NCBI GenBank assembly: GCA_023393045.1
Contig: JAEWMV010000154.1
Span: 1 to 41,623, forward strand
DNA from: Bacillota bacterium
Lineage (GTDB): Bacteria; Bacillota; Clostridia; Christensenellales; CAG-138
Length of the DNA: 41,623 nucleotides
Direction: 5' to 3'
Position 1 is the first letter of the stretch; the number at the start of each line of letters is the position of its first letter. Shown here piece by piece: positions 16,162 through 24,186 of the stretch. The notes under the pieces were generated by a model. The model ran no database searches and had not been told where the DNA came from. It saw only the letters and a program-made list of their open reading frames with translations. A program made the translations under genes and the position numbers.

Positions 16162-17553
16162 ATGGCGACAATCGTAAAACGGGGTAAGAAGTATTCCGTT
16201 GTCTATTACTACACAGATGAAAACGGTGAACAACAGCAGAAATGGGAACCACCGGTTAGTTCGAAAAAGGAAGCTTTGAAAAGAAAAAACGAGATTGAAC
16301 ATGAAATGGATACCGGCGTGTTCATTCCGCCGGCTCGTGTCAAGGTAGGAGAGTTCATGTGCGACTTTGTGGAGATGTATGGTACAAAGCGATGGGGGTT
16401 ATCAGTATACTCGTCCAACACATCGCTAATCCAGAACTACATAAACCCACTGTTGTCAGATCACTTGGTGCAGGATGTTAATGCAAGGACGGTTGACTGG
16501 TTCATACATCAACTGCAAAAAACCAAACCCGTCAGTACGCCTTACCGGCATGCAAAAACGGAGTTCATCACACCTTGCACGATTGAGAAAATAGCCAAGC
16601 TCATGCGCACGGCCTTTAAGCAGGCTGTGCGATGGGGTATGATCGGCAAGAATCCGTTTGAAGGAGCTGTTCTGCCAAAAGCGGAAAAGAGAAAACGCGC
16701 GATCTGGGACGCTGTTACGATACGAAAGGCGTTGGATGAATGCGAGGACGGAAAGCTGTATGTCGCACTGAACCTGGCATTTGCATGTTCGTTGAGACTT
16801 GGAGAGATCACGGGATTGACATGGGATTGTCTCAGCATTACAGATAGCGCCATCGCAAATGACGACGCATACCTGTCAGTAGAAAAAGAGTTGGCTCGCG
16901 TTGATCAAAAAGCGATAGACGCTGTCGGAAAGGGCGATATACTCTATGTCTTTCCTCGCCTCATGGGAGGCAAGTCAAGCACCAGACTCGTACTAAAGAA
17001 GCCTAAAACGGAATCGAGCGTTAGGAGAGTTTGGATACCCAAGACACTCGCGTTGATTCTGAGAGAATGGCAAGCGAAGCAAACTGCGCTTAAAGAGTTT
17101 ATGGGAGAGGACTACATTGACTACAACCTGGTGCTTGCCCAGGAAACCGGGCGTCCGTGCGAGGATAGGATTATCGGCAACGCATTTGATAGGTTGAAAA
17201 AGAAAGCGGAACTCCCCAATGTGGTTTTCCATTCGCTGCGGCATTCCAGCACAACGTATAAGCTGAAACTCAACCACGGCGATGTTAAGGCAACGCAAGG
17301 CGATACAGGACATGCACAGCCGGATATGGTAACTGAGGTATATGCGCACATTCTCGATGAAGATCGAAAGATCAACGCACAGAAGTTTGAAATGGCTTTC
17401 TATGCTAACCCTGATATGAGAAAAGCAGAGGCTTCCATCCAAAACGCTTCGCCGCAGCCGCCCGCCTTGGATCTTGGCTTGCTGGTGCAGCAGCTAAAGG
17501 AGCAGCCTGAGCTGGCCACCACGCTCGCAGCGCTCTTGAAGGGAATCGCATAA
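16162..17553 (+). CDS. int: Tyrosine-type site-specific integrase
   Basis: N-terminal SAM-like/arm-binding region (MATIVKRGKKYSVVYYY). Catalytic region with LRLGEITGLTW (Arg), HSLRHSSTT (H-x-x-R) and GHAQPDMVTEVYAHI (His...Tyr). Lies beside a tRNA gene. Confidence 0.9.
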   Translation: MATIVKRGKKYSVVYYYTDENGEQQQKWEPPVSSKKEALKRKNEIEHEMDTGVFIPPARVKVGEFMCDFVEMYGTKRWGLSVYSSNTSLIQNYINPLLSDHLVQDVNARTVDWFIHQLQKTKPVSTPYRHAKTEFITPCTIEKIAKLMRTAFKQAVRWGMIGKNPFEGAVLPKAEKRKRAIWDAVTIRKALDECEDGKLYVALNLAFACSLRLGEITGLTWDCLSITDSAIANDDAYLSVEKELARVDQKAIDAVGKGDILYVFPRLMGGKSSTRLVLKKPKTESSVRRVWIPKTLALILREWQAKQTALKEFMGEDYIDYNLVLAQETGRPCEDRIIGNAFDRLKKKAELPNVVFHSLRHSSTTYKLKLNHGDVKATQGDTGHAQPDMVTEVYAHILDEDRKINAQKFEMAFYANPDMRKAEASIQNASPQPPALDLGLLVQQLKEQPELATTLAALLKGIA

Positions 17554-17584
17554 AAGGAATCGAACGTATTGCCAGTGAAACGCG

Positions 17585-17615
17585 TATTAGCAAAGGCGGC
17601 AGTTTTATTAGCAAA
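17585..17615 (+). repeat. Two direct TATTAGCAAA repeats with starts 21 nt apart (candidate integrase arm-type sites)
   Basis: tattagcaaa at 17585-17594 and again at 17606-17615, between the int stop and the tRNA. Confidence 0.4.
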
Positions 17616-17702
17616 CATCACAAAAAACGTTCTAATCCCCAGCGGGTAAAATGGAAGTGGTATGAATCGCGCTCTTAGTTGATATGGTATTCTCCTTTGC
17701 CA

Positions 17703-17747
17703 GCGTGAAAAAGGAAAACGCCGTAATCCCTTGAAATCACGGCGTTT
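17703..17747 (-). terminator. Rho-independent terminator immediately after tRNA-Arg
   Basis: Minus strand: AAACGCCGT-(14 nt)-ACGGCGTTT, then TCCTTTTTC. Stem arms lie at 17716-17724 and 17739-17747. Confidence 0.65.
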
Positions 17748-17748
17748 A

Positions 17749-17825
17749 TGGCACCCCCGAGCAGGCTCGAACTGCTGGCGTTCCGCTTAGGAGGCGGACC
17801 CTCTATCCATCTGAGGTACGGGGGC
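17749..17825 (-). tRNA. tRNA-Arg (anticodon CCU), 77 nt with encoded CCA
   Basis: Minus strand reads GCCCCCG-TA-CCTC-AGATGGATA-GAGG-G-TCCGC-CTCCTAA-GCGGA-ACGCC-AGCAG-TTCGAGC-CTGCT-CGGGGGT-G-CCA. This folds by hand into a full cloverleaf with a TTCGA T-loop. Confidence 0.9.
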
Positions 17826-17868
17826 TCGTATTCAGTTTTTCCCGCAGGGGCGGCCGGTCATCCGGTTA

Positions 17869-17907
17869 TTAGGAGGCGGACGCTCTATCCTGCTGAGCTA
17901 CGGAGAG
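17869..17907 (-). pseudogene. 5' half of a second, distinct tRNA-Arg(CCU) gene, truncated right after the anticodon loop
   Basis: Minus strand reads CTCTCCG-TA-GCTC-AGCAGGATA-GAGC-G-TCCGC-CTCCTAA, then unrelated TAACCGGATGACCGG.... The D-stem differs from the intact copy by a compensatory pair (GCTC/GAGC versus CCTC/GAGG). No 3' anticodon stem, T-arm or acceptor 3' strand follows. Confidence 0.7.
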
Positions 17908-17951
17908 ATTCTCGCTTGCCGCGAGGCAAAGCCTGCCTGACGGCAAGCTAT

Positions 17952-17980
17952 ATTATAGGCGAGGCGCCGCTTCGTGTCAA
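17952..17980 (-). promoter_or_regulatory. Consensus sigma-A-type promoter driving the truncated tRNA and the downstream intact tRNA
   Basis: Minus strand: TTGACA (17980-17975), 17-nt spacer, TATAAT (17957-17952). Lies about 45 nt upstream of the tRNA 5' half. Confidence 0.7.
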
Positions 17981-18034
17981 CCGAAGCATCGGCAATTCCC
18001 GGGCGTTATGCCATGCGGGCATGGTGGAAAAAGA

Positions 18035-18064
18035 TTGTCTTTGTTTCAACGCATGGATTATAAT
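18035..18064 (+). promoter_or_regulatory. Putative promoter of the MFS transporter gene
   Basis: TTGTCT (18035-18040), 18-nt spacer, TATAAT (18059-18064). Confidence 0.4.
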
Positions 18065-18127
18065 GAGCGTGTCATCGGACTCTTTTGGAATCATATCGAA
18101 TTTATACACAAAGAAGGGGGCACGCGC

Positions 18128-19441
18128 ATGGAGCAGCTTGCGAACAAGCCTGCAAAGAAATTCACCAAAGTTGAAAAATCATGGATTATGTACGACTGGG
18201 CGAATTCCATCTACGCCACCAACATCATGGCGGCAATTTTTCCCATCTACTTCGCGCTGGTGGCGAGCGAAACGGGCAACAAGGTATACGGCTTTGCCGT
18301 GTCCATCGCAAACCTCGTCGTCGCGCTGATAGCGCCCGTATTGGGTGCGGTGGGCGACTTCACCGGCATGAAGAAGAGGCTGTTTTCGGTTTTTCTCATC
18401 ATCGGCCTCGCGTTCACGGCGTCCATGGCGATCTTCGATTCCTGGCAATGGATGCTCGTGGGGCTTGTCATCTCGCGCATCGGCTTCTCCGGCACCTGCC
18501 TGTTTTATGACTCCTTCCTCACGGACGTCACCACGCCGGAGCGCATGGACAAAGTTTCCGCCTGGGGATACGCCGCGGGGTACATCGGCGGGAGCACCAT
18601 TCCCTTTATCATCTCCATCGCAGTGATGCTGCTCTTGAATCAATCCATCCTTTCCTATAAAATCGCCATCCTCATCGTGGTGGTGTGGTGGACGGTATTC
18701 AGCATCCCCTTCCTCAAAAACGTCAAACAGGTGCACAGCGTGGAGGAACCGCCCGCAAAGCTCGCAAAAGCCGCTTTCGCCAACGCATGGCGGACCCTGA
18801 AGGACATTTTGCGCGACAAGAAGATACTCATCTTCATCATCGCCTACTTCTTTTATATCGACGGCGTGGATACCATCATCAGCATGGCCACAAACTATGG
18901 AACGACGCTGGAGCTTGGCACCATCGGCATGATACTGGCGCTATTGGTGACGCAGATTGTGGCGGTGCCCTTCTCCATCCTCTTTGGCAACCTCGCCAAG
19001 AAGGTGGGCGCCATCCGCATGATCAGCATCGCGGTGGGCGTATACTTTGTGATTACGATCATCGGCTTCTTCATGGGCTTCAACATCGAGCAGGCGCAGT
19101 TGAACGGCGGGGATGTGGAGGCCGCAAAGCAGCTTTCCACCATACTCTTCTGGGTGCTCGCCGGGCTTGTGGGCACGGTGCAGGGCGGCATACAGGCGCT
19201 CTCGCGCTCGTACTTCGGCCAGCTGATTCCGCCGGAGCGCTCCAATGAGTATTACGGCTTCCTCGATATCTTCGGCAAGTTCTCCTGCGTCATCGGCCCG
19301 GCGCTCTATTCGCTGGTCTACACGCTCACCGACCGCTCGTCCCTGGGGATACTGAGCATCATCATCCTCTTCCTCGCGGGCGGCGTCACGCTTATAGTAG
19401 GCAGGAAATTCTTCAAGCGCGCGCCGGGCGAGGAGGCGTAA
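18128..19441 (+). CDS. MFS transporter (UMF1/Atg22-like family)
   Basis: I prefer ATG 18128 (AAGGGGG upstream). The upstream ORF extension overlaps the promoter/tRNA region. EKSWIMYDWANSIYATNIMAAIFPIYF is a typical N-terminus for this family. Multiple hydrophobic helices run throughout. Confidence 0.8.
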   Translation: MEQLANKPAKKFTKVEKSWIMYDWANSIYATNIMAAIFPIYFALVASETGNKVYGFAVSIANLVVALIAPVLGAVGDFTGMKKRLFSVFLIIGLAFTASMAIFDSWQWMLVGLVISRIGFSGTCLFYDSFLTDVTTPERMDKVSAWGYAAGYIGGSTIPFIISIAVMLLLNQSILSYKIAILIVVVWWTVFSIPFLKNVKQVHSVEEPPAKLAKAAFANAWRTLKDILRDKKILIFIIAYFFYIDGVDTIISMATNYGTTLELGTIGMILALLVTQIVAVPFSILFGNLAKKVGAIRMISIAVGVYFVITIIGFFMGFNIEQAQLNGGDVEAAKQLSTILFWVLAGLVGTVQGGIQALSRSYFGQLIPPERSNEYYGFLDIFGKFSCVIGPALYSLVYTLTDRSSLGILSIIILFLAGGVTLIVGRKFFKRAPGEEA

Positions 19442-19448
19442 GCCGGCT

Positions 19449-20165
19449 ATGGAGGAGGGCGGCCACAGCGGCCACAGGCAAAGGCTTCGCGAAGCCTATC
19501 AAAACGGCGGAGCCGCCGCGCTGCACGAGCATCAGTTGCTCGAGCTGCTTTTGACCTATGCCATACCGCGGCGGGACGTCAACCCCCTCGCGCATAAGCT
19601 CATCGCCCGCTACGGCTCGCTGGAGCGCGTGCTCGCAGCACCTGTGGAGGAATTGACGCGGGTGGAGGGCGTGGGCGAAAACGCCGCCACGCTCTTGTCC
19701 CTGACAGGCGCGCTGCGGTCTTTGCCTTCGGCGCGCGCGGATAAGCACACGGCTATAAAAACGCCGGAAGAGGCTGCGAACTATTGTGAAAGCTTATTTG
19801 CCGGGCGGGACAAATACGAGGCGACCTACTGCGTAAGCCTCGACAAAAAGCGGCGCGTGCTCCATTGCGACCTCGTGAGCGCGGGCACGCTCGCTGAAAA
19901 CGTGATCTACCCCCGGCTGGTGGTGGAATTTGCCCTGCGGCATGGGGCGGACAGCGTGATATTGACGCACAACCACCCCTCGGGCGACCCCGCGCCCTCG
20001 CAAAGCGACATCGCTTCCACAAAGGCCGTGTGCGAGGCGCTCGCCGCCATCGGCATCACGCTCAACGATCACATCATCGTCGGCACGGAGGGATGTTTCA
20101 GCATGGTAAGGTACATGCCGCTCCCCAAGGGAGCGCGTATCCCCGCCGCCGAAAAGGAGGAATAG
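19449..20165 (+). CDS. radC: RadC-like JAB-domain protein
   Basis: GHRQRLRE...LLELLLTY...A..L...YGSLERVLAAPVEEL..VEGVGENAA (HhH region), plus the JAMM motif LTHNHPSGDPAPSQSD. Confidence 0.85.
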   Translation: MEEGGHSGHRQRLREAYQNGGAAALHEHQLLELLLTYAIPRRDVNPLAHKLIARYGSLERVLAAPVEELTRVEGVGENAATLLSLTGALRSLPSARADKHTAIKTPEEAANYCESLFAGRDKYEATYCVSLDKKRRVLHCDLVSAGTLAENVIYPRLVVEFALRHGADSVILTHNHPSGDPAPSQSDIASTKAVCEALAAIGITLNDHIIVGTEGCFSMVRYMPLPKGARIPAAEKEE

Positions 20166-21851
20166 ATGGCCTCACATGACGAATATGCCCGCTGGCTGGG
20201 CCGGGCGGAGCTTGAAGGCGCGCTTCGCGGCGAGCTTGTTTCCATAGAAAAAGCGCCCGGGGAAATTGAGGAGCGCTTTTATACCGAGCTTGCCTTCGGC
20301 ACGGCAGGGCTGCGCGGCATACTGGGCGCGGGCACCAACCGCATGAACCTGCCCGTGGTGCGGCGCGCGACGGCGGGGCTCGCCGCCTACATCAAAACCT
20401 TTGCGGACGGGCCGAACCGCGGCGTCGCCATCGCCTGCGACTCACGCGAAAAATCCGCTGAATTCGCGCTTGAAACGGCAACAACCCTCGCCGCCTTCGG
20501 CGTGAGGGCGCACCTTTTCCCTAGCCTTCGCCCCGTGCCGCTTTTGTCCTTCGCCATACGCCACCTGGATTGCATCGCGGGCGTGGTGATTACCGCAAGC
20601 CACAATCCCCCCGCCTACAACGGCTATAAGGTCTATTGGGAGCACGGCGGGCAGGTCGGCCCCGAGCAGGCGGACGCCATTTACGCGCGCATGCGCGATT
20701 TTGATTATTTCGATATTCCCACGATGCCGGAGGCCGAAGCGCGTCAAGCGGGGCTGCTTTTGACCATCGGGGAGGAGACGGACGAGGCGTACTACACCGC
20801 CACGGCGTCTTTGCTGCAATGGCCCGCGCTGATGAAGGAAAAGGGCAAGGCGCTTAAGCTTGTCTACACGCCGCTGCACGGCAGCGGCCTCGTGCCCGTG
20901 ACGACGCTGCTGCGCCGTACAGGCGTGACGGACGTGTCCGTCGTAGCGGAGCAGGCGGCGCCCGATTCGCGCTTCCCCACCGTCAAGGCTCCCAACCCCG
21001 AGGACCCGGCGGCGTTCACGCTCGCCATCGCCCTTGCAAACGAAGTAGGCGCGAGTGCCATTATCGCCACCGACCCGGATTCCGACCGCATGGGCCTTGC
21101 GCTGCGCGGCCCTTCCGGCGAATTTGCCGCGCTTACGGGCAATAAAATCGGCTGCCTTCTGCTGCATTACCTGCTTTCCTCCATGCAGAAAAAGGGGACG
21201 CTGCCTGCGGACGGCTTCGCCGTAAAATCGTTCGTGAGCACGCGCATGGCCCAGGCGATTTGCGAAAAATTCAATGTCGCCTGCCTCGACGTGCCCACGG
21301 GCTTCCGCTTCGTATCGGAAAAGATAGACGAAAGCGCGCGCACGGGCAAGGGCACGTTCCTCTTCGGCTTTGAGGAGAGCTACGGCTTCCTCGCGGGCGG
21401 CTTTTCGCGCGATAAGGACGCGGTGTGCGCCGCCATGCTCGCCGCGGAAGCGTGCGTGTATTACAAGGAGCAGGGCAAAACCCTTTTTGACGTATTGGCG
21501 GACATGGCCGAACTCTACGGCCATTTCGACGAGCGCGTAAAATCCTATTCCCTCGAGGGGAAAGAGGGGCTTATGCGCATTGCCGCCGCGATGGAAGCGC
21601 TGCGCCAAGCGCCGCCCGCGTCCTTTGCGGGCATACCCGTAACAAAAGCCGAAGATATGCTCTCCACCGGTCAAAACGTGCTGCGCTATTTTTTAAAGAA
21701 CGGCGCGTGGATCTGCGTGCGCCCGAGCGGCACGGAACCCAAGCTCAAGCTCTACGTCGGCGCGAACGACGCAAGCGAAACAGGGCTTGAAAAACTGCTT
21801 TCTTCTCTCACCGCGCACGCGGATGAATTGCTCACGCGCCTTTTGGCGTAA
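20166..21851 (+). CDS. Phospho-sugar mutase (phosphoglucomutase/phosphomannomutase family)
   Basis: AAGGAGG RBS. Active-site loop ITASHNPPAYNGYKVY. Metal loop TDPDSDRMG. GFEESYGF sugar-binding motif. Confidence 0.9.
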   Translation: MASHDEYARWLGRAELEGALRGELVSIEKAPGEIEERFYTELAFGTAGLRGILGAGTNRMNLPVVRRATAGLAAYIKTFADGPNRGVAIACDSREKSAEFALETATTLAAFGVRAHLFPSLRPVPLLSFAIRHLDCIAGVVITASHNPPAYNGYKVYWEHGGQVGPEQADAIYARMRDFDYFDIPTMPEAEARQAGLLLTIGEETDEAYYTATASLLQWPALMKEKGKALKLVYTPLHGSGLVPVTTLLRRTGVTDVSVVAEQAAPDSRFPTVKAPNPEDPAAFTLAIALANEVGASAIIATDPDSDRMGLALRGPSGEFAALTGNKIGCLLLHYLLSSMQKKGTLPADGFAVKSFVSTRMAQAICEKFNVACLDVPTGFRFVSEKIDESARTGKGTFLFGFEESYGFLAGGFSRDKDAVCAAMLAAEACVYYKEQGKTLFDVLADMAELYGHFDERVKSYSLEGKEGLMRIAAAMEALRQAPPASFAGIPVTKAEDMLSTGQNVLRYFLKNGAWICVRPSGTEPKLKLYVGANDASETGLEKLLSSLTAHADELLTRLLA

Positions 21852-21860
21852 ACTCAATGC

Positions 21861-23276
21861 ATGGAACAAAAACAGCAGGCGCAGTTTTCGCGCATGACAG
21901 GCGCGCCGATACCGCGGCTCATCACCGCGCTCGCGGTTCCCGCCGTCGTGAGCATGCTCGTCACTGCGCTCTACAGCACGGCGGACACGTTTTTCATTGC
22001 AAGGCTCGGCACGAGCGCGACGGGGGCCGTGGGCATCGTGTTCCCCGTCATGTCCGTCATACAGGCCGTGGGCTACACGGTGGGGCAGGGTGTGGCGAGC
22101 GTCATTTCGATGCGGCTGGGCGAAAAGCGGCAGGAGGAGGCGAACGCGGCGGCCTCGGGCGCACTGCTGCTCGCGCTGCTCTTTGGCGCGCTCGTGGCGG
22201 TATGCGGCCTCGTTTGGCTCGATCCGCTCATGGAGCTTTTGGGCGCGACGCCCACCATGCTGCCTTATGCGCGCGATTACGCGCGCTACATTCTCCTTGC
22301 CGCCCCTGCGATGACGACGGCCTTCGTGCTCAACAACACTTTGCGCGCGGAGGGCAGGACGCGCCTTGCCATGCTCGGCATCACGCTCGGCGGCGTCATC
22401 AACGTATGCCTCGACCCGCTTTTTATCTTCGTGTTCGGCTGGGGGACGGCGGGGGATGCCATCGCCACCGCCATCGGTCAGGCTGTGAGCTGCGCGGTGC
22501 TCCTTTGGGTTTATCTGCGCAAGAAAACCATCGTGCGGCCCTCAATCAAAGCCCTGCCCCGCGCGCCGCGCCTCTACGGGGACATATTGCGCATGGGCGC
22601 GCCCGCCTTCCTTCGGCAGGGGCTTGCGAGCGCCGCGACCGTAGCCCTCAACCTCGCCGCGCGCGGCTATGGGGACGCCGCCGTCGCCGCCATAAGCATC
22701 GTGACGAAGCTCTTCATGTTCATCTTCAGCGTGTCGCTGGGCATCGGCCAGGGGTACCAGCCCGTATGCGGGTATAACTACGGTGCAAAGCTCTATACGC
22801 GCGTGCGGCAGGGCTACCGCTTCACGCTCCTGGTCGGCGTCGGGGTGATGAGCGCGCTTGCGGCCGCGGCCTTCATCTTTGCGCCGCAGCTCATGATGCT
22901 CTTTATTAAGGACGACCCCGCGCTCATCGAAATCGGCTCCTTCACGCTGCGCGCGCAGTGCCTAGCCATGCCCGTCGTGCCCGTGGCCGTGGTCCTCAAC
23001 ATGACCTTCCAGTCCGTGGGGCGCGCGGGGGAAGCGTCCTTCCTCTCCGCATGCAGGCAGGGCATATGCTTCCTCCCGCTGATATTAATACTGCCAAGGG
23101 TCGCGGGGCTTTGGGGCGTGGAGACCGCGCAGGCCTTTTCGGACGTGCTCACCTTTTTCATCGCGCTGCCCATGACGATATTGTTCTTTAGAAAACTCCC
23201 CAAGCGGGACGCGCCCGACGGACGGGAGGTGGACGAGCGGGAAATCGCGCGCAACGCCGCGCAGGGCGGCCTGTAA
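21861..23276 (+). CDS. MATE family efflux transporter
   Basis: N-terminus PIPRLITALAVPAVVSMLVTALYSTADTFFIARLG. About 12 hydrophobic segments. The overlapping ORF 21857-22777 in another frame is Arg/His-rich junk. Confidence 0.85.
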   Translation: MEQKQQAQFSRMTGAPIPRLITALAVPAVVSMLVTALYSTADTFFIARLGTSATGAVGIVFPVMSVIQAVGYTVGQGVASVISMRLGEKRQEEANAAASGALLLALLFGALVAVCGLVWLDPLMELLGATPTMLPYARDYARYILLAAPAMTTAFVLNNTLRAEGRTRLAMLGITLGGVINVCLDPLFIFVFGWGTAGDAIATAIGQAVSCAVLLWVYLRKKTIVRPSIKALPRAPRLYGDILRMGAPAFLRQGLASAATVALNLAARGYGDAAVAAISIVTKLFMFIFSVSLGIGQGYQPVCGYNYGAKLYTRVRQGYRFTLLVGVGVMSALAAAAFIFAPQLMMLFIKDDPALIEIGSFTLRAQCLAMPVVPVAVVLNMTFQSVGRAGEASFLSACRQGICFLPLILILPRVAGLWGVETAQAFSDVLTFFIALPMTILFFRKLPKRDAPDGREVDEREIARNAAQGGL

Positions 23277-23281
23277 AACCC

Positions 23282-23310
23282 TTGCGCTTTGTTTTATAAT
23301 CGGATATAAT
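23282..23310 (+). promoter_or_regulatory. Promoter of the small basic ORF
   Basis: TTGCGC (23282-23287), 17-nt spacer, TATAAT (23305-23310). Confidence 0.55.
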
Positions 23311-23336
23311 CCCCACGCAGAGAGGAGGGATGAAGG

Positions 23337-23531
23337 ATGAAATTCATTCCGAGGCAGAAGCTTTCAAAGAAAGCAAAACGCGCGCTCGACGAAGCGCAGC
23401 GCGCCACATGGCAGGTGAACCCCGTGACAAGGCAGACGCAGAATAAAAAAGCATACGCGCGCAAAAAGTCCGACAGGTGCGAGGAATTCGACCCGGCGGG
23501 CTTTTTCTTTTATAAAGGGAACGTGGTATAA
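23337..23531 (+). CDS. Small basic hypothetical protein (64 aa)
   Basis: GGAGGG lies 7 nt upstream. Has its own near-consensus promoter. Lys/Arg-rich (KLSKKAKRALDEAQRATWQVNPVTRQTQNKKAYARKKS). No function recognised. Confidence 0.5.
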   Translation: MKFIPRQKLSKKAKRALDEAQRATWQVNPVTRQTQNKKAYARKKSDRCEEFDPAGFFFYKGNVV

Positions 23532-23559
23532 TAATGGAAAGAAACAGGAGGTTATAACG

Positions 23560-24066
23560 ATGAACGTTGCCGATGCCATCAAGGCGAGAAGAAGCATACG
23601 CAAATATAAGGGCGATCCCGTGCCCGAGGCGGACATTCAGAAAATACTCGAGGCCGCCATGCACGCGCCCAGCGCACACAACACGCGGCCGTGGGAATTC
23701 GTTGTGGTCACCAACGAGGAAATGCGCAGGAAGTTCGCGCACCTGCACCCGTATGCAAAGCACGCGGCGCAAAGTCCGGTTCTGATCGTCGTATGCGCGC
23801 TGCCCGAAACGCAGCAGCGCTTCGGCGCGGGCTTTTTTCCGCAGGACTGCGCCGCCGCGACCCAGAACATCCTCCTTATGGCAGAGGAGTTGGGCTACGG
23901 CGCATGTTGGTGCGGCGTGTACCCGCACGAGCGGCTCATGAACCCCATCCGCGAGGCGCTCGGCGTCACGAGCACGCCGTTTTGCCTCATCACGCTGGGC
24001 GTTGCGGACGAAGCGCCCGCCGCGCGCGGCCGCTTTGAGGAGCAAAAGGTGAAATACATCAAATAA
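23560..24066 (+). CDS. Nitroreductase family protein
   Basis: AGGAGG RBS. RRSIRKYKGDPVPEADIQKILEAAMHAPSAHNTRPWEFVVV is the classic nitroreductase N-terminal signature. Confidence 0.85.
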   Translation: MNVADAIKARRSIRKYKGDPVPEADIQKILEAAMHAPSAHNTRPWEFVVVTNEEMRRKFAHLHPYAKHAAQSPVLIVVCALPETQQRFGAGFFPQDCAAATQNILLMAEELGYGACWCGVYPHERLMNPIREALGVTSTPFCLITLGVADEAPAARGRFEEQKVKYIK

Positions 24067-24186
24067 CCGCAGAAATATCGCAAATTAATCACGCCCCGCC
24101 ACTTCCGCTTGCCCGCGCAATATGGTATACTACACCAAATAAAATTATTTGAACCAAACAAATTTTTAGGGAAGGGCGGGCGAAGT

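Larger units (their letters stand above)
1..17868. mobile_element. Putative integrative genomic island (left end off-window). Only the xis-int-tRNA end, 15947-17868, is firmly mobile-element-like.
   Basis: A tyrosine integrase and an excisionase-type HTH sit beside a tRNA-Arg locus. There, a promoter-bearing tRNA gene is truncated at the anticodon loop at 17869. The content to the left is accessory (kinases, fusion protease, LRR lipoprotein, pseudokinase). Composition is mosaic by my single-line G+C counts: 26/60 at 16201 and 30/60 at 14581, against 41/60 at 20401. Confidence 0.45.

Noticed and set aside
1-17868. Prophage interpretation of the accessory region
   Set aside because: No capsid, tail, terminase, portal or lysis genes are visible in the 17.8 kb seen here. 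Integrase plus excisionase with cargo genes fits a genomic island or integrative element better. The unseen left part could change this.
17826-17907. Group I intron or an intact second tRNA explaining the interrupted tRNA-Arg
   Set aside because: tRNA-Arg(CCU) genes can host group I introns. Here, however, the break is followed by only ~43 nt and then a complete, independent tRNA. There is no 3' exon matching the fragment's acceptor (no CGGAGAG downstream).
17748-18329. 193-aa ORF on the plus strand
   Set aside because: It runs antisense through the tRNA-Arg gene, the tRNA fragment and their promoter, then into the out-of-frame 5' end of the MFS gene. It has no RBS and a Pro/Arg/Ser-rich composition.
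20442-21674. A long antisense ORF, one of many in the ORF track. Others include 175-987(-), 3411-4094(-), 7211-7915(-), 25162-26226(-), 26248-27930(-), 28917-29636(-), 31039-31746(-), 36143-37717(-), 37804-39093(-), 39217-40098(-), 40523-41305(-) and 21857-22777(+).
   Set aside because: Each lies opposite to, or out of frame with, a gene that has clear family motifs (phospho-sugar mutase, XDH, GlnRS, GluRS and others). Their translations are Arg/Ala/Gly/His-rich low-complexity sequence, typical of shadow ORFs in GC-rich DNA. None has a plausible RBS.
24067-24186. Purine riboswitch ahead of ade/xdh
   Set aside because: The 120-nt leader is A/T-rich (ataaaattatttgaaccaaacaaattttta). It lacks the three-way-junction stems and conserved loop sequences of purine riboswitches. 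Only an extended -10-like TGGTATACT is visible.
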